The notes under the pieces: generated by a model
What the model saw: the letters and a program-made list of their open reading frames with translations, nothing else
What the model was told of the DNA's origin: nothing
Databases searched by the model: none
Made by a program: the position numbers and the translations under genes
In this document: positions 12,921 to 24,474 of the stretch, piece by piece
Position numbering within the stretch: the first letter of the stretch is position 1
Layout of the letters: every line of letters begins with the position of its first letter
Source: Felis catus
Taxonomy: Eukaryota
Reading direction: 5' to 3'
Length of the DNA: 64,000 bases
Assembly: GCF_018350175.1 (NCBI RefSeq)
Contig: NC_058382.1
Span: forward strand, 57,290,001-57,354,000

Positions 12921-14550
12921 ATGAATCCCTGTGTTTTAAATACCCTTTGCTGGTTCCATTTTCCCCTGATACAAAATCTGTGCCTTGTAACATGAAAGAT
13001 AAGTAAATAAAAGTCAGGAAAGCCGCGGGCAGCTGATTCCAAGAGGAGGTAGGACCCTGGGCCTGAGGGATAGGCTGTCACCTTCCCTCTCTGCCCGCCG
13101 GGACGGGGGCCCTGCCTGCCCGGCCAGGCAGAAGTCACTTTGCGAATTTATGTGCCCATCACACTGTGATAGATGGCGGGATGGCTTGTTTTGGCCAAGT
13201 GATCGATTTATTTGCAGCAGGCACTGCATAATAAGGGTCAAGGATCCTTGCTTTCTGTTCTTTCTCCCCACTCTTGCCGAGCGAAAGCGTTCTGCACGGT
13301 GTCTGCCTGGAAGGGTGGCAAGAACCTCGGGGTGTCCTGCTGTCCCCACTGACCACTCCTGGCCAAGTGGCCTGACTCGTTGACCCCGGGGAGGAAGAAG
13401 GAAGAAGGAAGGGGGCACGTGGGATTCTGCATGGGTTGTGACAATGGTGTCTGTACAGTCGCAGGGGACCCAGTCAAGTCCCTAGTCTCTCCCGGTGGGC
13501 TTTCGGAAGGTGAGTTTGTGCCAGGTAATGGGAAGCCCGGCTAGGATGGCTCCAGGATCGACCGAACTCAACAGTTCTACAAAGTCACCAAGGACTCGGG
13601 TTTCCCAAACTCAACAGTTAGACAAAGTCACCAAGGACTCAGGGGTTTCCCCCCTGCTGCCATTTCAGCGTTGGCCTCATTCTCCTGATTGTCCTCTCAT
13701 GGTGACAAAATGGCTGCTGAAGATCCTGGCATTGCATCCTAACCGGATAAAGCCCACGTGCACAGAGGAAGCATCACTTTTCCTGCGTGGCCCTCCGCTT
13801 TGAGGACCGCTTTCCCGGAAGTATCTCACCTCGTCGGTCCAGACCAGAGGGCCGACCCCTTCCTGAACCGATCGCCGGGAAGAGGGCGCGTGGATGCGCG
13901 GTTGGCTCAGGCCTGGGGGGAATCCAGCACCCTCATCACTAGACGGCTTTCCTTTGCAGTCCTGCTCCAGCCACCCCGTCCCCGGTCCTCCCCTGATCTC
14001 GGGACACGGCGAGGGCTGCCTCCTACCCCTCGGGGCCCCCGTGGGTTTACAGTACAGCGGGCTTGGGGCCAGAGGCAGGTGACCACTGCCTGGAAGAGTC
14101 TTCCTACCACACCCCCCCTTAACTTGTTGGGTTCCTTCTCATCTCTGGGCTTAGAGGTCGCCCCTCGGATGGTGCTCCTTTCCACCCTCTTTAGAGGGGG
14201 CTCCCCATCTGACACGGCACCCTCGGTGCCTCAGACTTCTGAGTCCTTATAGCATTTAGCACCATGTACCGGTTTTCTTGGTCTGGATCGTCCCCTCCCT
14301 GACGGAGGGGATCCCTCTCCCGTCTCACCCGTCTCTCGCGCTGTCCCCAGGGCCTCTGTGTCCCAGGGAGACACAACACGAGGCTGCCGTGCGGGGGCAG
14401 GGGGACCGTTTGCTTCCCTGGAAAGTTAAGAGTTCGCTCCGGAAAAGGACCGCGGAGTCTCCAGCTCACCCCCCCCCGCCCCCCGGCTGTGCATCCTGTC
14501 TGCGGAGGGGGAATGTTCTGAAGTCCAGCTCTTCCGAAGTCAGAGCTTTT

Positions 14551-14781
14551 TGTTTTTTTTTTTTTGTTTTTTTTTTTTCAACGTTTATTTATTTTTGGGA
14601 CAGAAAGAGACACAGCATGAACGGGCGAGGGGCAGAGAGAGAGGGAGACACAGAATCGGAAACAGGCTCCAGGCTCTGAGCCATCAGCCCAGAGCCCGAC
14701 GCGGGGCTCGAACTCACGGACCGCGAGATCGTGACCTGGCTGAAGTCGGACGCTTAACCGACTGCGCCACCCAGGCGCCCC
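14551..14781 (-). mobile_element. young felid SINE (SINEC_Fc-like)
   Basis: 16-bp TSD cgaagtcagagctttt. Confidence 0.95.
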
Positions 14782-15172
14782 TCGAAGTCAGAGCTTTTGT
14801 GTTCAGGGGTTTTGTTTCGCTTTTCTAATGGCATCCTGAGCAAATGGCACCTCGGATGGCTTTGCCCGGCTCAGGTTTTGTGGATTGTCTGACCTCGACC
14901 CCTGCCCCCCACCGTCCCGTGAGGTCGACCTTGAACCCCCACCCGGACCACAAAGGCAGGAGGCGGGGAGGGAGTGGTCACTGAGCAGAAGGTTCGGTGA
15001 CCAGACCAGCCGGAAGAAGCAGGTGCAGGCAGGCGACGGGCAGGCAGGCTTTTCCGCCCCGACGCAGGCAGGGTGTGGAGAACTCAGTTCCTTTTTGTCT
15101 CGTCTGGGTAGTTTTGTTTCCACTTTACTTTTATTGAAGTCCAATTCACGTTAAAAAAAAAATAACCATTTT

Positions 15173-15384
15173 GGGGACACCTGGGTGGCTCAGTCCATTC
15201 AGCGTCCAGCTTCAGCTCAGGTCGGGATCTCACGGTTTGTGGGTTCGAGCCCCGCGTCGGGCTCTGTGCTGATAGCTCGGAGCCCGGAGCCTGCTTCCGA
15301 TTCTGTGTCTCCCTCTCTCTCTGCCCCTCCGCCACTCACGCTCTGTCTCTCTCTGTCTCAAAAATAAGTAAACGTTAAAAAAAA
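15173..15384 (+). mobile_element. CAN-SINE
   Basis: Typical body. Confidence 0.9.
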
Positions 15385-15399
15385 TCATTTAAAAAACAA

Positions 15400-15860
15400 G
15401 TGCTTGTTTGAGTCCCCGTTCTGTTACGTCGAGTAGTTCCCTAGGCGTGGAATCGTTGGGCTCGGGTAATTCTGTGCTCAGCCTTCCGGGGCGCCACCGA
15501 ACGTTTGCCCAGAGGACATGCTGTTGTCGCCGTCCGCGGACAGGGCTCCGTTCTTCCCCGTCCTCGCCAAGACTTGCCAGCTTCCCGCGCGTGTGCCCGC
15601 GGGCACGTCTGGGCGCGTGCGCGCGTGAAAAGCCAGCCGTCCCGGTGGGCGGGCGGGGACCTCTCACGTGGCTCTGCTTTGCCTTCCTCTGATGGCCAAT
15701 GACATTGAGCATCTCTCCGCGTCCCCGTCGGCAACTTGCGTGCGATCCTCGGGGAAATGAACGTCTCCCCGAGTCCGTTGACCGCTTGTCACCCGGGGTC
15801 GTTTGTCTGCCTGTTGCAGGGGCGAGACTTCTTTGAAATACTCTGCCCTTTTACTTTCGT
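15400..15860 (-). mobile_element. old L1 ORF2 3' fragment, strongly GC-shifted
   Basis: Retains the landmark ctgatggccaatgacattgagcatct and is collinear with the L1 copy at ~49500-49830. Confidence 0.7.
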
Positions 15861-16281
15861 GGACCTCTCTGTTGGGGTGTCCCTCAAGCTGCGAGGAAGC
15901 GCGAGAACCTACAAGAAGCGTGTGCGTGCCCTTCACCCCGAATCCGCCGACGGCTGGCGCGTGGCCCCGTGAGCGTCGTCGCGGGCTCCACTCGAATGGC
16001 AGGCAGGTCTGGACAAGCAGAACTCGTTCAGAACCGGATCTCGGAGGAGGGCTAGGGGCGGCGGTGGTAAGGAAGCCCCCCCTGCGCCCTCTGTCAGCTC
16101 AGTGACCCCGTCGAGGGGCGAGGGGCGGCTTGTGCACGAGGCGCGGGGGCCTGGGGGAGACAGAGCAGCAGCGGTCCCCAGGCGCCGCGGGAGCGGAGCG
16201 CAAGGCGGACCGGAGAGCCCTTCACCTTGGCTCACACTTCCTGCCAGAGTTTATTACGGTGATGTTGGGTTTTTTATAATA

Positions 16282-16453
16282 ATTTTTTTTGACGTGTATT
16301 TATTTTGAGAGAGAGAGGGAGACAGACTCCGAAGCAGACTCCGTATTGTCGGTGCCGAGCCCGATGTGGGGCTCAAGCTCACGTAACTGTGAGATCGTGA
16401 CCTGAGCCGAGATCGAGTTGGACGCGTAGCCGCCCCAGCCGCCCAGGGGCCCC
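16282..16453 (-). mobile_element. CAN-SINE
   Basis: Typical body. Confidence 0.85.
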
Positions 16454-16597
16454 GTTCTTGTTTCTTTTAAATGTGTGCGTATGTGACTTAAACCTACGGA
16501 AAAGTGCGGGAAACATATGCGGGCAGTTCGGCAACCCCCATAAACCAGCATCCTGACTCCTCTCTGTTTTACTGTGGTCACCTCCGGCGATGACCTC

Positions 16598-16790
16598 TAC
16601 GGGGAGGGACTTTGTCCCAGACTAGGGGCCGTTCGGTACTGTCTGGAGACATCTTTGGCCGTCACCCCTGGTGGGGGGTGGCGGGAGAACATTGCTGACA
16701 TCTAGTGGGTAGAGGCTAAGCGTCCCCCAGCGCACAGGGCAGGCCCCGCGTCAGAGGGCGGTCCAGCCCCAGACGTCGAGGATGCACCGC
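16598..16790. mobile_element. MER20-like DNA transposon
   Basis: tgtctggagacatctttgg..gacatctagtgggtagaggc. Confidence 0.7.
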
Positions 16791-17549
16791 TGGCGGGGAG
16801 GGGCAGTTGTGTTCCCAGCTCCTAGGACACGGTCTGGCACAGGCGGTGGCCGGTTGACCTTAGGAAGTCCCAGCAAAGTCGTCTGGGCGGGGGCCCTGGC
16901 GGGGGAGCAGACACATCCATGCAGCCACTTGGTGAATGTCTGCTGAGCTCCTACTACGTGCTACGCGCATAGTAGGTGAGAACGGAAACACCCAAGCCAA
17001 TGGCGAGACAGTCCCTACCCTTAGAGCACTTCCTGCGTATTGGGAGAGTCAGGCATTGTCACAAGAAACGTCATTTCCATCGTCCTGTCGCCTGGGTCCT
17101 ATCCAGCAGAGGCACGCGGGCCCTGAAAGCCCGTTCTCGGGGGAGCCCAGCTGGCCTGGAGATCAGAGAACGTTTCTGGGAGGAAGCAGCCCTGTGTTTT
17201 GCCGAGAGTGGAGTTGAGAGGAAGCTTGAACCGGTTTCCCCAGCACAGAAAACAGGGAAGGGTGTCAGGGAGAGGGAAAAGCATATAGAGACACCTTGGA
17301 GCAAAGAGGCCGGTGGTGTGCATGTGTTGGGGAGGGCAGGTTGCTACAGCAGGAGAAGGGAGGGTGCGTGGAGGGGCGCTGGGGGCCCTTCGGGGAGAGG
17401 CCTGCGGTGTGTCAGGGCTCCTGGCCCTGGCTGTTCATCGGAATCAGCCAGGGACCTCTGGAAACGCCCAGTTCCGATCTCACTGATCCGGGTTCTGACT
17501 TCTTTGGTCCAGGCTGGACCTGGGTGTGGGCTTATTAAAACCCCCTCCC

Positions 17550-17774
17550 GGGGCGCCTGGGTGGCGCAGTCGGTTAAGCGTCCGACTTCAGCCAGGTCAC
17601 GATCTCGCGGTCGGTGAGTTCGAGCCCCGCGTCGGGCTCTGGGCTGACGGCTCAGAGCCTGGAGCCTGTTTCCGATTCTGTGTCTCCCTCTCTCTCTGCC
17701 CCTCCCCCGTTCATGCTCTGTCTCTCTCTGTCCCAAAAATAAATAAACATTGAAAAAAAAATTAAAAAAAAAAA
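17550..17774 (+). mobile_element. young felid SINE inserted in a MER5-like element
   Basis: SINEC_Fc-type head ggtggcgcagtcggttaagcgtccgacttcagccagg. TSD approximately aaacccc(c)tcc. Confidence 0.92.
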
Positions 17775-17937
17775 CACAAACCCCTCCTGCAGGGGATGCT
17801 AACACCCAGGTGGAGAGAGTCTAGGTCAGACCGGCAGGGGCTGTGGGTCGCGCATTTTTGTCCCTGTCCTAACAGGGCCAGGGCTAGGTTTTTGGCCTAG
17901 GAGGCGGGATATGGAGGGGTTTCACAATCAGATTTGC

Positions 17938-18181
17938 TTTTTTTTTTTTTTTTTAATGTTTATTTATTTTTGAAAGAGAGTGAGGGGGGGAGGGACAGGG
18001 AGAGGGAGAGAAGGCACAAGCAGGGGAGGGGCAGAGAGAAAGGGAGACACAGAATCCGAAGCAGGCTCCAGGCTCCGAGCGGTCAGCACAGAGCCCGACG
18101 CGGGGCTCGAACCCACGAACCGTGAGATCGTGACCTGAGCCGAGGTCAGATGCTTCACCGACTGAGCCCCCCAGGCGCCCC
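17938..18181 (-). mobile_element. CAN-SINE
   Basis: TSD cagat(t/c)tgctttt. Confidence 0.9.
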
Positions 18182-20399
18182 AAGACCAGATCTGCTTTTG
18201 ACAGAGAAACGAAAAACAAGTGGTCGCGTCGCATGGATGAGAAGCAAGAGAGGTCAGCTGAGAGCCGGGCCCGGCAGCTAGAGAGGGGCCGATAGGACCA
18301 GCGCCTTGGCTGGGGATCACGGGTGCAAAGAGCCGGCCTAGCCCTCAAACCTGACCTTTCGACTAGCGTGCCCGGGCTTTGTGGCTTCCTCCTGCTGGAG
18401 AGGGGACGCTTTCTCCTGCAGCAACGCTGAATGGGAAGGAAGGAAGGGAGGTTCCCTGGCCAGGGCCAAGGGGTCAGTTCCTAGGAGGTCTGGCCCTGGG
18501 GCCACCGGTCACTCTGGGGGCAGGGGGAGGAGGCGAGGAGCCTTGCTGGAGAGAGAAGCTGAGAGCTCCCTAAATGGGAGGGCATCAGCTGAGGGGGAAG
18601 GGGGAGGCGGACAGGGAGTGGAGGTCAGTAACGGGGCGGCGGAGTGAACTGAGTTCAGGGTCAGGCTGTCCAAGAACAAACAGCCCAGGGGACATCTGTT
18701 TTCATTCACAGCCCGGAGCAGAGCTGGGCGGGGCGGTTCCTGAGGCCGACGGCCAACCTGAGGGCCTTTCCCCTTGGGGCCACCCTGCTCGTACAGAGGA
18801 CGTGATGACAAAGGGCACTTCCCGTGCACCCAGTGGGCTCACCCACACTCTCCATTTCATCCTCCCAGCTTCCTGGCTCACAGAGGGCGGAGGCTCGCCC
18901 CAGGTCACACAGCGCTCTTGGGACCCCGGGGCCATCTCCAGGCGCACTGCCTAGGGCCCACCAGACTTTGAGGGGCTCAGGAAAGTGACTCGGTTTCCCT
19001 TCAAGTCAGAACCGAAAAAAAGAAAGCATTCCAGCTTGAGTTCTCTTTGGCTTTTCATCAAGGCCCTTGCAGTAGGATCCTTCTTATCCTTGTTTTTGTA
19101 CAGAGCACGGGCCCAGGAAGGCACGATCCCCGCGGGCCCACAGCAGCGCGCTCTAAACCCGTCTGTCTGTCCCTCCGCATCCTTCAGCGCTCAGGAGTGC
19201 GGTCACTTCCCCGGGGCGCCCTCCCAGGACCCCTCTAAGTCTCTGGCGTGTCCGTGTGACGCGTGGACTGATGTCACCCTGACCCCTTTCGTGGAGCGTT
19301 TACTTGCTTGATCTGGTCAAGGCGGGGGTGTCCGGTCAGGGCTGCAGGGCGATTTCTTCCTGGACCCTGTAACTGTGACCTTGTCCTCTGCTCTTCAGAG
19401 TGGGAGCCCTGAGCACTGGTGCCCTTTATGGTTTTAAAGGAGACCGTTTCCTGTCTTTGCAGAGGGAGAGAGGCCTTGGCAGGCGCCCAGCGGGCCCCTC
19501 GCTCGGCGCAGAGGACCTGAAAGGCCATGCCAGCCCCAAGGCTTTCCCAGAGGAAACCTCGCCCCCGGATCCGCAGGAAGTCACAGTCAGGGGCTGGTGA
19601 GTCCCAGACGGACGGCCCACAAAGCTTGGGATCCGATCCAGATCTCTGGAGCTCGGATACACCAGAAAGACCTCCGCCGCTCGGAACATCAAGTTCTGAG
19701 GCTTGGCAGAGACCCGGGCGGCTTTGCCGGCCCCGCGATCCCGGCTGGGCCCCGGGCCCCGGCTGGCCTCCCCCGCCCCGGCGCCCGCTGGGCCGTCCGG
19801 CCTGGCTGTCGAGCCGGGCTCCTGCCTCGATTCTGATCAAAGGAAAGCGGCTGGTTTCCCGGGCAGATTTGTTCCGTGTTTACTTCTCTTCCCAGAGCCT
19901 TTCTCCTGCCACATTAAGACCTGTAGTTCACGTGTCCCTGGGCCGTCACCCCTCCTCTCCTCAGGACTCCGGAGGGTCCTTTTTATAAGTTAATCTTTGC
20001 AAGAAATTACCTGACGGGTCCCAGCTCGGCCCTGGGTCCCTGGGATCCGAATGCTGCCGCGGGGGGTGACTTCTCAGCTCAAGAGCCTTTATCGAGCGCC
20101 TGTTGTGTGCCAGCCCCGCGCCGTGTCCTGGGGGCTAGGAGATGCACCTGACTTTTGTCCTGCCTCTCTTATCTGTAGACGAGGCCCCCTTCCTCGCAGG
20201 GTCGTCGTGACGGTTGCATTTGTTCTGTGAACCGACGCAGGCCAGGCCCTGTGCAGGCAAATAAGAGAGGCGCGGATGCCTGACCTTTTGGAGCTGGCGT
20301 CCGCCTCGGGGGTCTCTGAGCCCCTCCTGCCACTGTAGCCAAGACCACAAAGTCAGTGTCACAGGTGAACGAACTGGGCCACGTGGCACAGGCCTTCCC

Positions 20400-21620
20400 A
20401 GCAGCAGGCGGACACGGGCCGAGCCGGTTCACCACCCGGGCGCGTCCCTAAGTCTGGGGCTGGGGGCCCTTCTGTCACGGGGTCACAGGGGCCTGGGGTC
20501 GAGCCCCAGCTCTGCCGCTGGCCGCCGGACCGCGGGCGGTCTTGCACCTGTGTTTCCTCCCCTGCGAAACGGGCGTCACCAGAGGGGCTGCTGTGCGCAG
20601 CAGGCGACAGAACGTTCGTGAAGCGCTGAGCCCGGCGCTTTTCTGCGCCCGGCCCGCGTGTGTTCGGGCATACTCACGACGCGTGCAAACCTTCGCCGAC
20701 CCCTCCCCAAGGACCCCACGACGCAGCTGTCCGCTCGGCCACACGCGAGGCGAGGACGCCGAGGTTTCCGCAGCCGGGCTCGGCCGGTGCCCACCCAGCA
20801 CCATGTTCCGAAGACGCTTCCATGGGCAGAGCCTGTCGGCTCAGCTCAAAACTTGGGTGAGGTGGCAGCTGAGAGCCCCCCCTCCCCCCCCCCAGCCCAG
20901 GGTCCTTCCCTCCCCCCCCCTCCCCCCGCCCCGGGAGCCAGCACACCTCCTCCGGGAGGGGACCGAGCCTGCACGCAAACGCTCATTATCCCAGTGTGTC
21001 CCGGCCACGTCTCTGGCGAGCCCGTGTCTCCCTCCTCCTGCCTCCACCGTCTCAGCTGCCCAGGCTGCAGACATCTATGTGGCGACTCTGCGGCCAGATG
21101 TTATAGGGCAAAGCTAAAAATAGGGCGGGCCGGCCACCGGCAGGGGTGGGGGTAGGGGTGGGGGCATGTGCTGGGCGCCGACACATGATCCGAGGGGCCC
21201 GGCCGAGTGGAGCTGAGAGCCCGGCGGACCGTGCACGCTTCTGTCCCCCACTTGCAGGCCCCCCCCTCCCGGCAAGAGGGGCCCCTCTTTTCTGCCCCGT
21301 GTGGGAGGAAATGCCTTCTCCCGGCCGCGGGATGGGCAGCGGCGGGAGGAAGGTCATCTGGGCTCTGTCCTTCCTGCTGCTTGTCCGCGAAGCCAGTTCT
21401 GCCAAGAATATCTGGAGACGGGCGCTGCACGCCAGGCTGGCCGAGAAGCCCCGCGTAAGTGCCCGGGGCGGGGAGGCCGGGAGGGGACGGGCGGCCCCCA
21501 GACTCGGGCGGGCTGGCACGCACGTGTGCCAAGGTCGGGAGGTGGGCAGATGAGCTCCCCGCCCTCGCTCACGGCCCCTGGTCTGTGAGCCAAGAGGCGG
21601 AGGGCGCCGCAAAAAACGCG
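20400..21620 (+). promoter_or_regulatory. WFDC1 promoter and CpG-rich region with MEF2 site, GC box and E-box
   Basis: CpG-dense. E-box CAGATG at 21095, CTAAAAATAG at 21114-21123, GGGCGG at 21123 and G-tracts at 21143-21164. Confidence 0.7.
21311..21454 (+). CDS. WFDC1: WFDC1 (ps20) coding exon 1: signal peptide and N-terminus
   Basis: ATG at 21311 gives MPSPGRGMGSGGRKVIWALSFLLLVREASSAKNIWRRALHARLAEKPR (144 nt, phase 0), followed by a GTAAGT donor. Resembles the human WFDC1 N-terminus (..SAKNIWKRALPARLAEKSR). Confidence 0.93.
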
Positions 21621-22267
21621 CAGGGGGATGGTGACACGCTTTGGCCCACCAGAGAGGACAGCCCCCGCTTTGAGACTCCCAAGGGCTCGAAACTGAGTGT
21701 TGTGTTCTCAACCATCAACAACCAAGCGTTTATAAGACATAATTAGGCATGCGTGCGGTCATTTACTCGTTCAGTAAACATTTAGTAGAAACTGCTCTGC
21801 TGGGTCAGGCACTGTGTGCGGTCCTGTGGGTTCAACACGGAGACAGAGGCTCCCACCCTCGGGGGGGACGTGGTCGAGGGGGGGAGGCGGTCGGGTGACG
21901 TGGTGGCGGTACAAAGGGATAGGACAGCACAGCAGAGGGCGGGAAGCGTGCACCTTGGAGCCGGGGGTCTGGGTTTGCATTCACACTCTGCTGCTTACCA
22001 GCTGTGTGGCTTCAGGCGACTTGTTTGACATCTCTGAGCACCAGCGATCTCATCTGGAAAAGACAGAGCGTTAGAGGGATGCGGTTCTTTCAACGCCTGT
22101 TGTTCGGTCACCCCTGTTTACCGGGCGCTCTTCTAGGCTGTGGGCGCATAGACGGCGGTTCTCTGCTTCGGGGAGATCGCGATGTAGTCAGAGAGTAAGT
22201 GAGAGATAAGGACAACAGGTGCCAAGGAGAGACCAGGAGAGAGAGACCGGGGGCAGGAGGGTATAAT

Positions 22268-22496
22268 CTTTTTTTTTTTTAATTTTTTTTTTAACGTTTA
22301 TTCATTTTTGAGAGACAGAGAGAGACAGAGCATGAGCGGGGAAGGGGCAGAGAGAGGGAGACACAGAATCCGAAACAGGCTCCAGGCTCTGAGCCGTCCG
22401 CACAGAGCCCGACGCGGGGCTCCAACTCACGAACTGCGAGATCCGTGACCTGAGCCAAAGTCAGACGCCCAACCGACTGAGCCACCCAGGCGCCCC
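22268..22496 (-). mobile_element. CAN-SINE (WFDC1 intron 1)
   Basis: Typical body. Confidence 0.9.
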
Positions 22497-23657
22497 GGGG
22501 GGGGGGTGCGTGTGTGATCTTAACGCCCCCCCCCTTTCTAGTACAGGGAGCACAGGGGTGGGGAGGAGTCAAGGAGACAGCACTGACTCTCGCAGGATTG
22601 CACGAGTCCCCTTAACATAGCAAGTGGTCGGTGCCTCCTGGTGACTTCGTGAAATCGTTGTGAAACTGGGTGGCGCTTGCCACCCCAGGTGGGAGATGGG
22701 ACCCTCGAGGTGAGGCCTGATTGTGTCTCGTTCAGTGCAGTGCTCCTGGTGCCTGGCCAGGCGTCTGCCATTCAGTCGGCACTTGGAACATTCCTGTGAA
22801 TTAATTATGGGCAAACGCACTGGAAGCCCAGAAGAATGTGTTCAGCTCTGCTCCAGGAGAGTCAGGAAAGGGTCTTCCAGGGTTGAGGACATTCAACATT
22901 GGGCTCTGAGGGATGAGTAGGAGTTTGCCGGGTAGATCAGTGGGAAAGGGGAATGTTTCATGCCGCCTGCCACGGTGAGATGCTTGAAACTGTATCGAGG
23001 CTAATCTCAGCCTCCAGGGCTCACGCTCTCCAGCTCAGGCAGGAGGCCACCGGGAGTGGAAAAGAATAGCGGCAACTGAAATGACGGTAGGTGTGTGGAG
23101 AAGGGAGAGCAATCCCTGAAGGCTTCCTGGAGGAGGGGAGACCCTGGCCAGATCTTGAAGAACTATTAAGGATTAGGAGGAGTAAGGACATCCCTGGAAG
23201 AAGACGCAATGTGGGCAGAGCGTGAGGCACAAATGGTGTATCTGGGAGCCCCCGAGGGGGCCCTCACTGCAGGGGAGGGTTTGTGCAAGGAGGGAGAGAG
23301 ACCCCTCTCAGGTTTGACACCTCCTTGCTCTTTGCTGGCCCAGCGGGATGGCTCATTTAGGACTTTGGTTCTGGGACCACAAAGAGATCTCCAACCTGTC
23401 GTCTGGGCTGATCTCCACTTTGTCCCACAGCGTCATAGGAACGGACCTGTCATCTTGCCGGGCGGGAGGGGGGAGGCCGGGAGGCTGGGGACCCTGGGCA
23501 CGGGGTTGGCGGGGGGGAGGGTGGTCTTCAGCCTTGACCCCGGACCCTCGAGGACCGGGGGGGGGGGGCAGGTCAGGGTGAGGAACGGCCGGGTGTCCCG
23601 TAGGGTGCTGAAACCCGCTCTGGAGAGTTAAATAGAGCCCTTGTTAAAATTAAACCA

Positions 23658-23878
23658 GGGGCGCCTGTGTGGCTCGGTCGGAAAAGCGTCCGACTCTCGG
23701 TTTCGGCTCAGGTCACGATCTCGCGTTTCGGGCGTTCAAGCCCCACGTCGGGCTCCACGCCGACAGCGCAGAGCCCACTTGGGATTCTCTCTTCCCCTCC
23801 CTCTCTGCCCCCCCCCACCCTCCCTGCTCTCTCTGCCTCTCTCACAGTGAATAAACTTGAAAAATTAAAAAAAAAAAA
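23658..23878 (+). mobile_element. CAN-SINE (intron 1)
   Basis: Typical body. Confidence 0.88.
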
Positions 23879-24270
23879 TCAAAGCATAGAGCCACTGCCC
23901 AGCTCCTCGCAAGGCGCCCGCCCTCGAGGTGGCCTCACAGGGCACCTGCCGAGGCTGGTTGTAGGGCCTGGGCCAGCACGTGGCTGCCCCTTCTCCCTTT
24001 CTCGAGGCCCAGCCCTGGGCAGAGAGGGCAGAGCGGGCCCAGCGCACTTCCTGTTCGCTGTGTCCACCTGCCTTCCTGCCTGAGGACTTAGAGACACGGC
24101 AGAGAGGGAGGCACGGCCTTTCGTCCCCAAGGAGGCCACTGGGGGGCTCGTCGTGAGAAAGAGGGTCCCCCCTCTGAGCCTCGGCCTCCCCGCCTACAGC
24201 GTGGGGGGGCGGGCAGCACCGGCTTTGCCCCTCCTCTTCATGTGCACTATTAAACACAAAACCAGACCAC

Positions 24271-24474
24271 GGGGCGCCTGGGGGGCCCCGTCGGTTAAGC
24301 GCCCGACTTCGGCTCCGGTCATGATCTCGCGGTTCGTGAGTTCGAGCCCCGCGTCGAGCTCTGTGCCGACAGCTCAGAACCTGGAGCGTGTTTCAGATTC
24401 TGTGTCTCCCTCTCTCTCCGCCCCTCCCTGCCCCCCGTCTCTCGAAAATAAACATTCACAAAATTAAAAAAATA
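24271..24474 (+). mobile_element. CAN-SINE (intron 1)
   Basis: Typical body. Confidence 0.88.

Noticed and set aside
1..21000. KCNG4 exons expected upstream by synteny
   Set aside because: No potassium-channel-like peptide was recognisable in any listed frame, so the gene probably lies outside the window.
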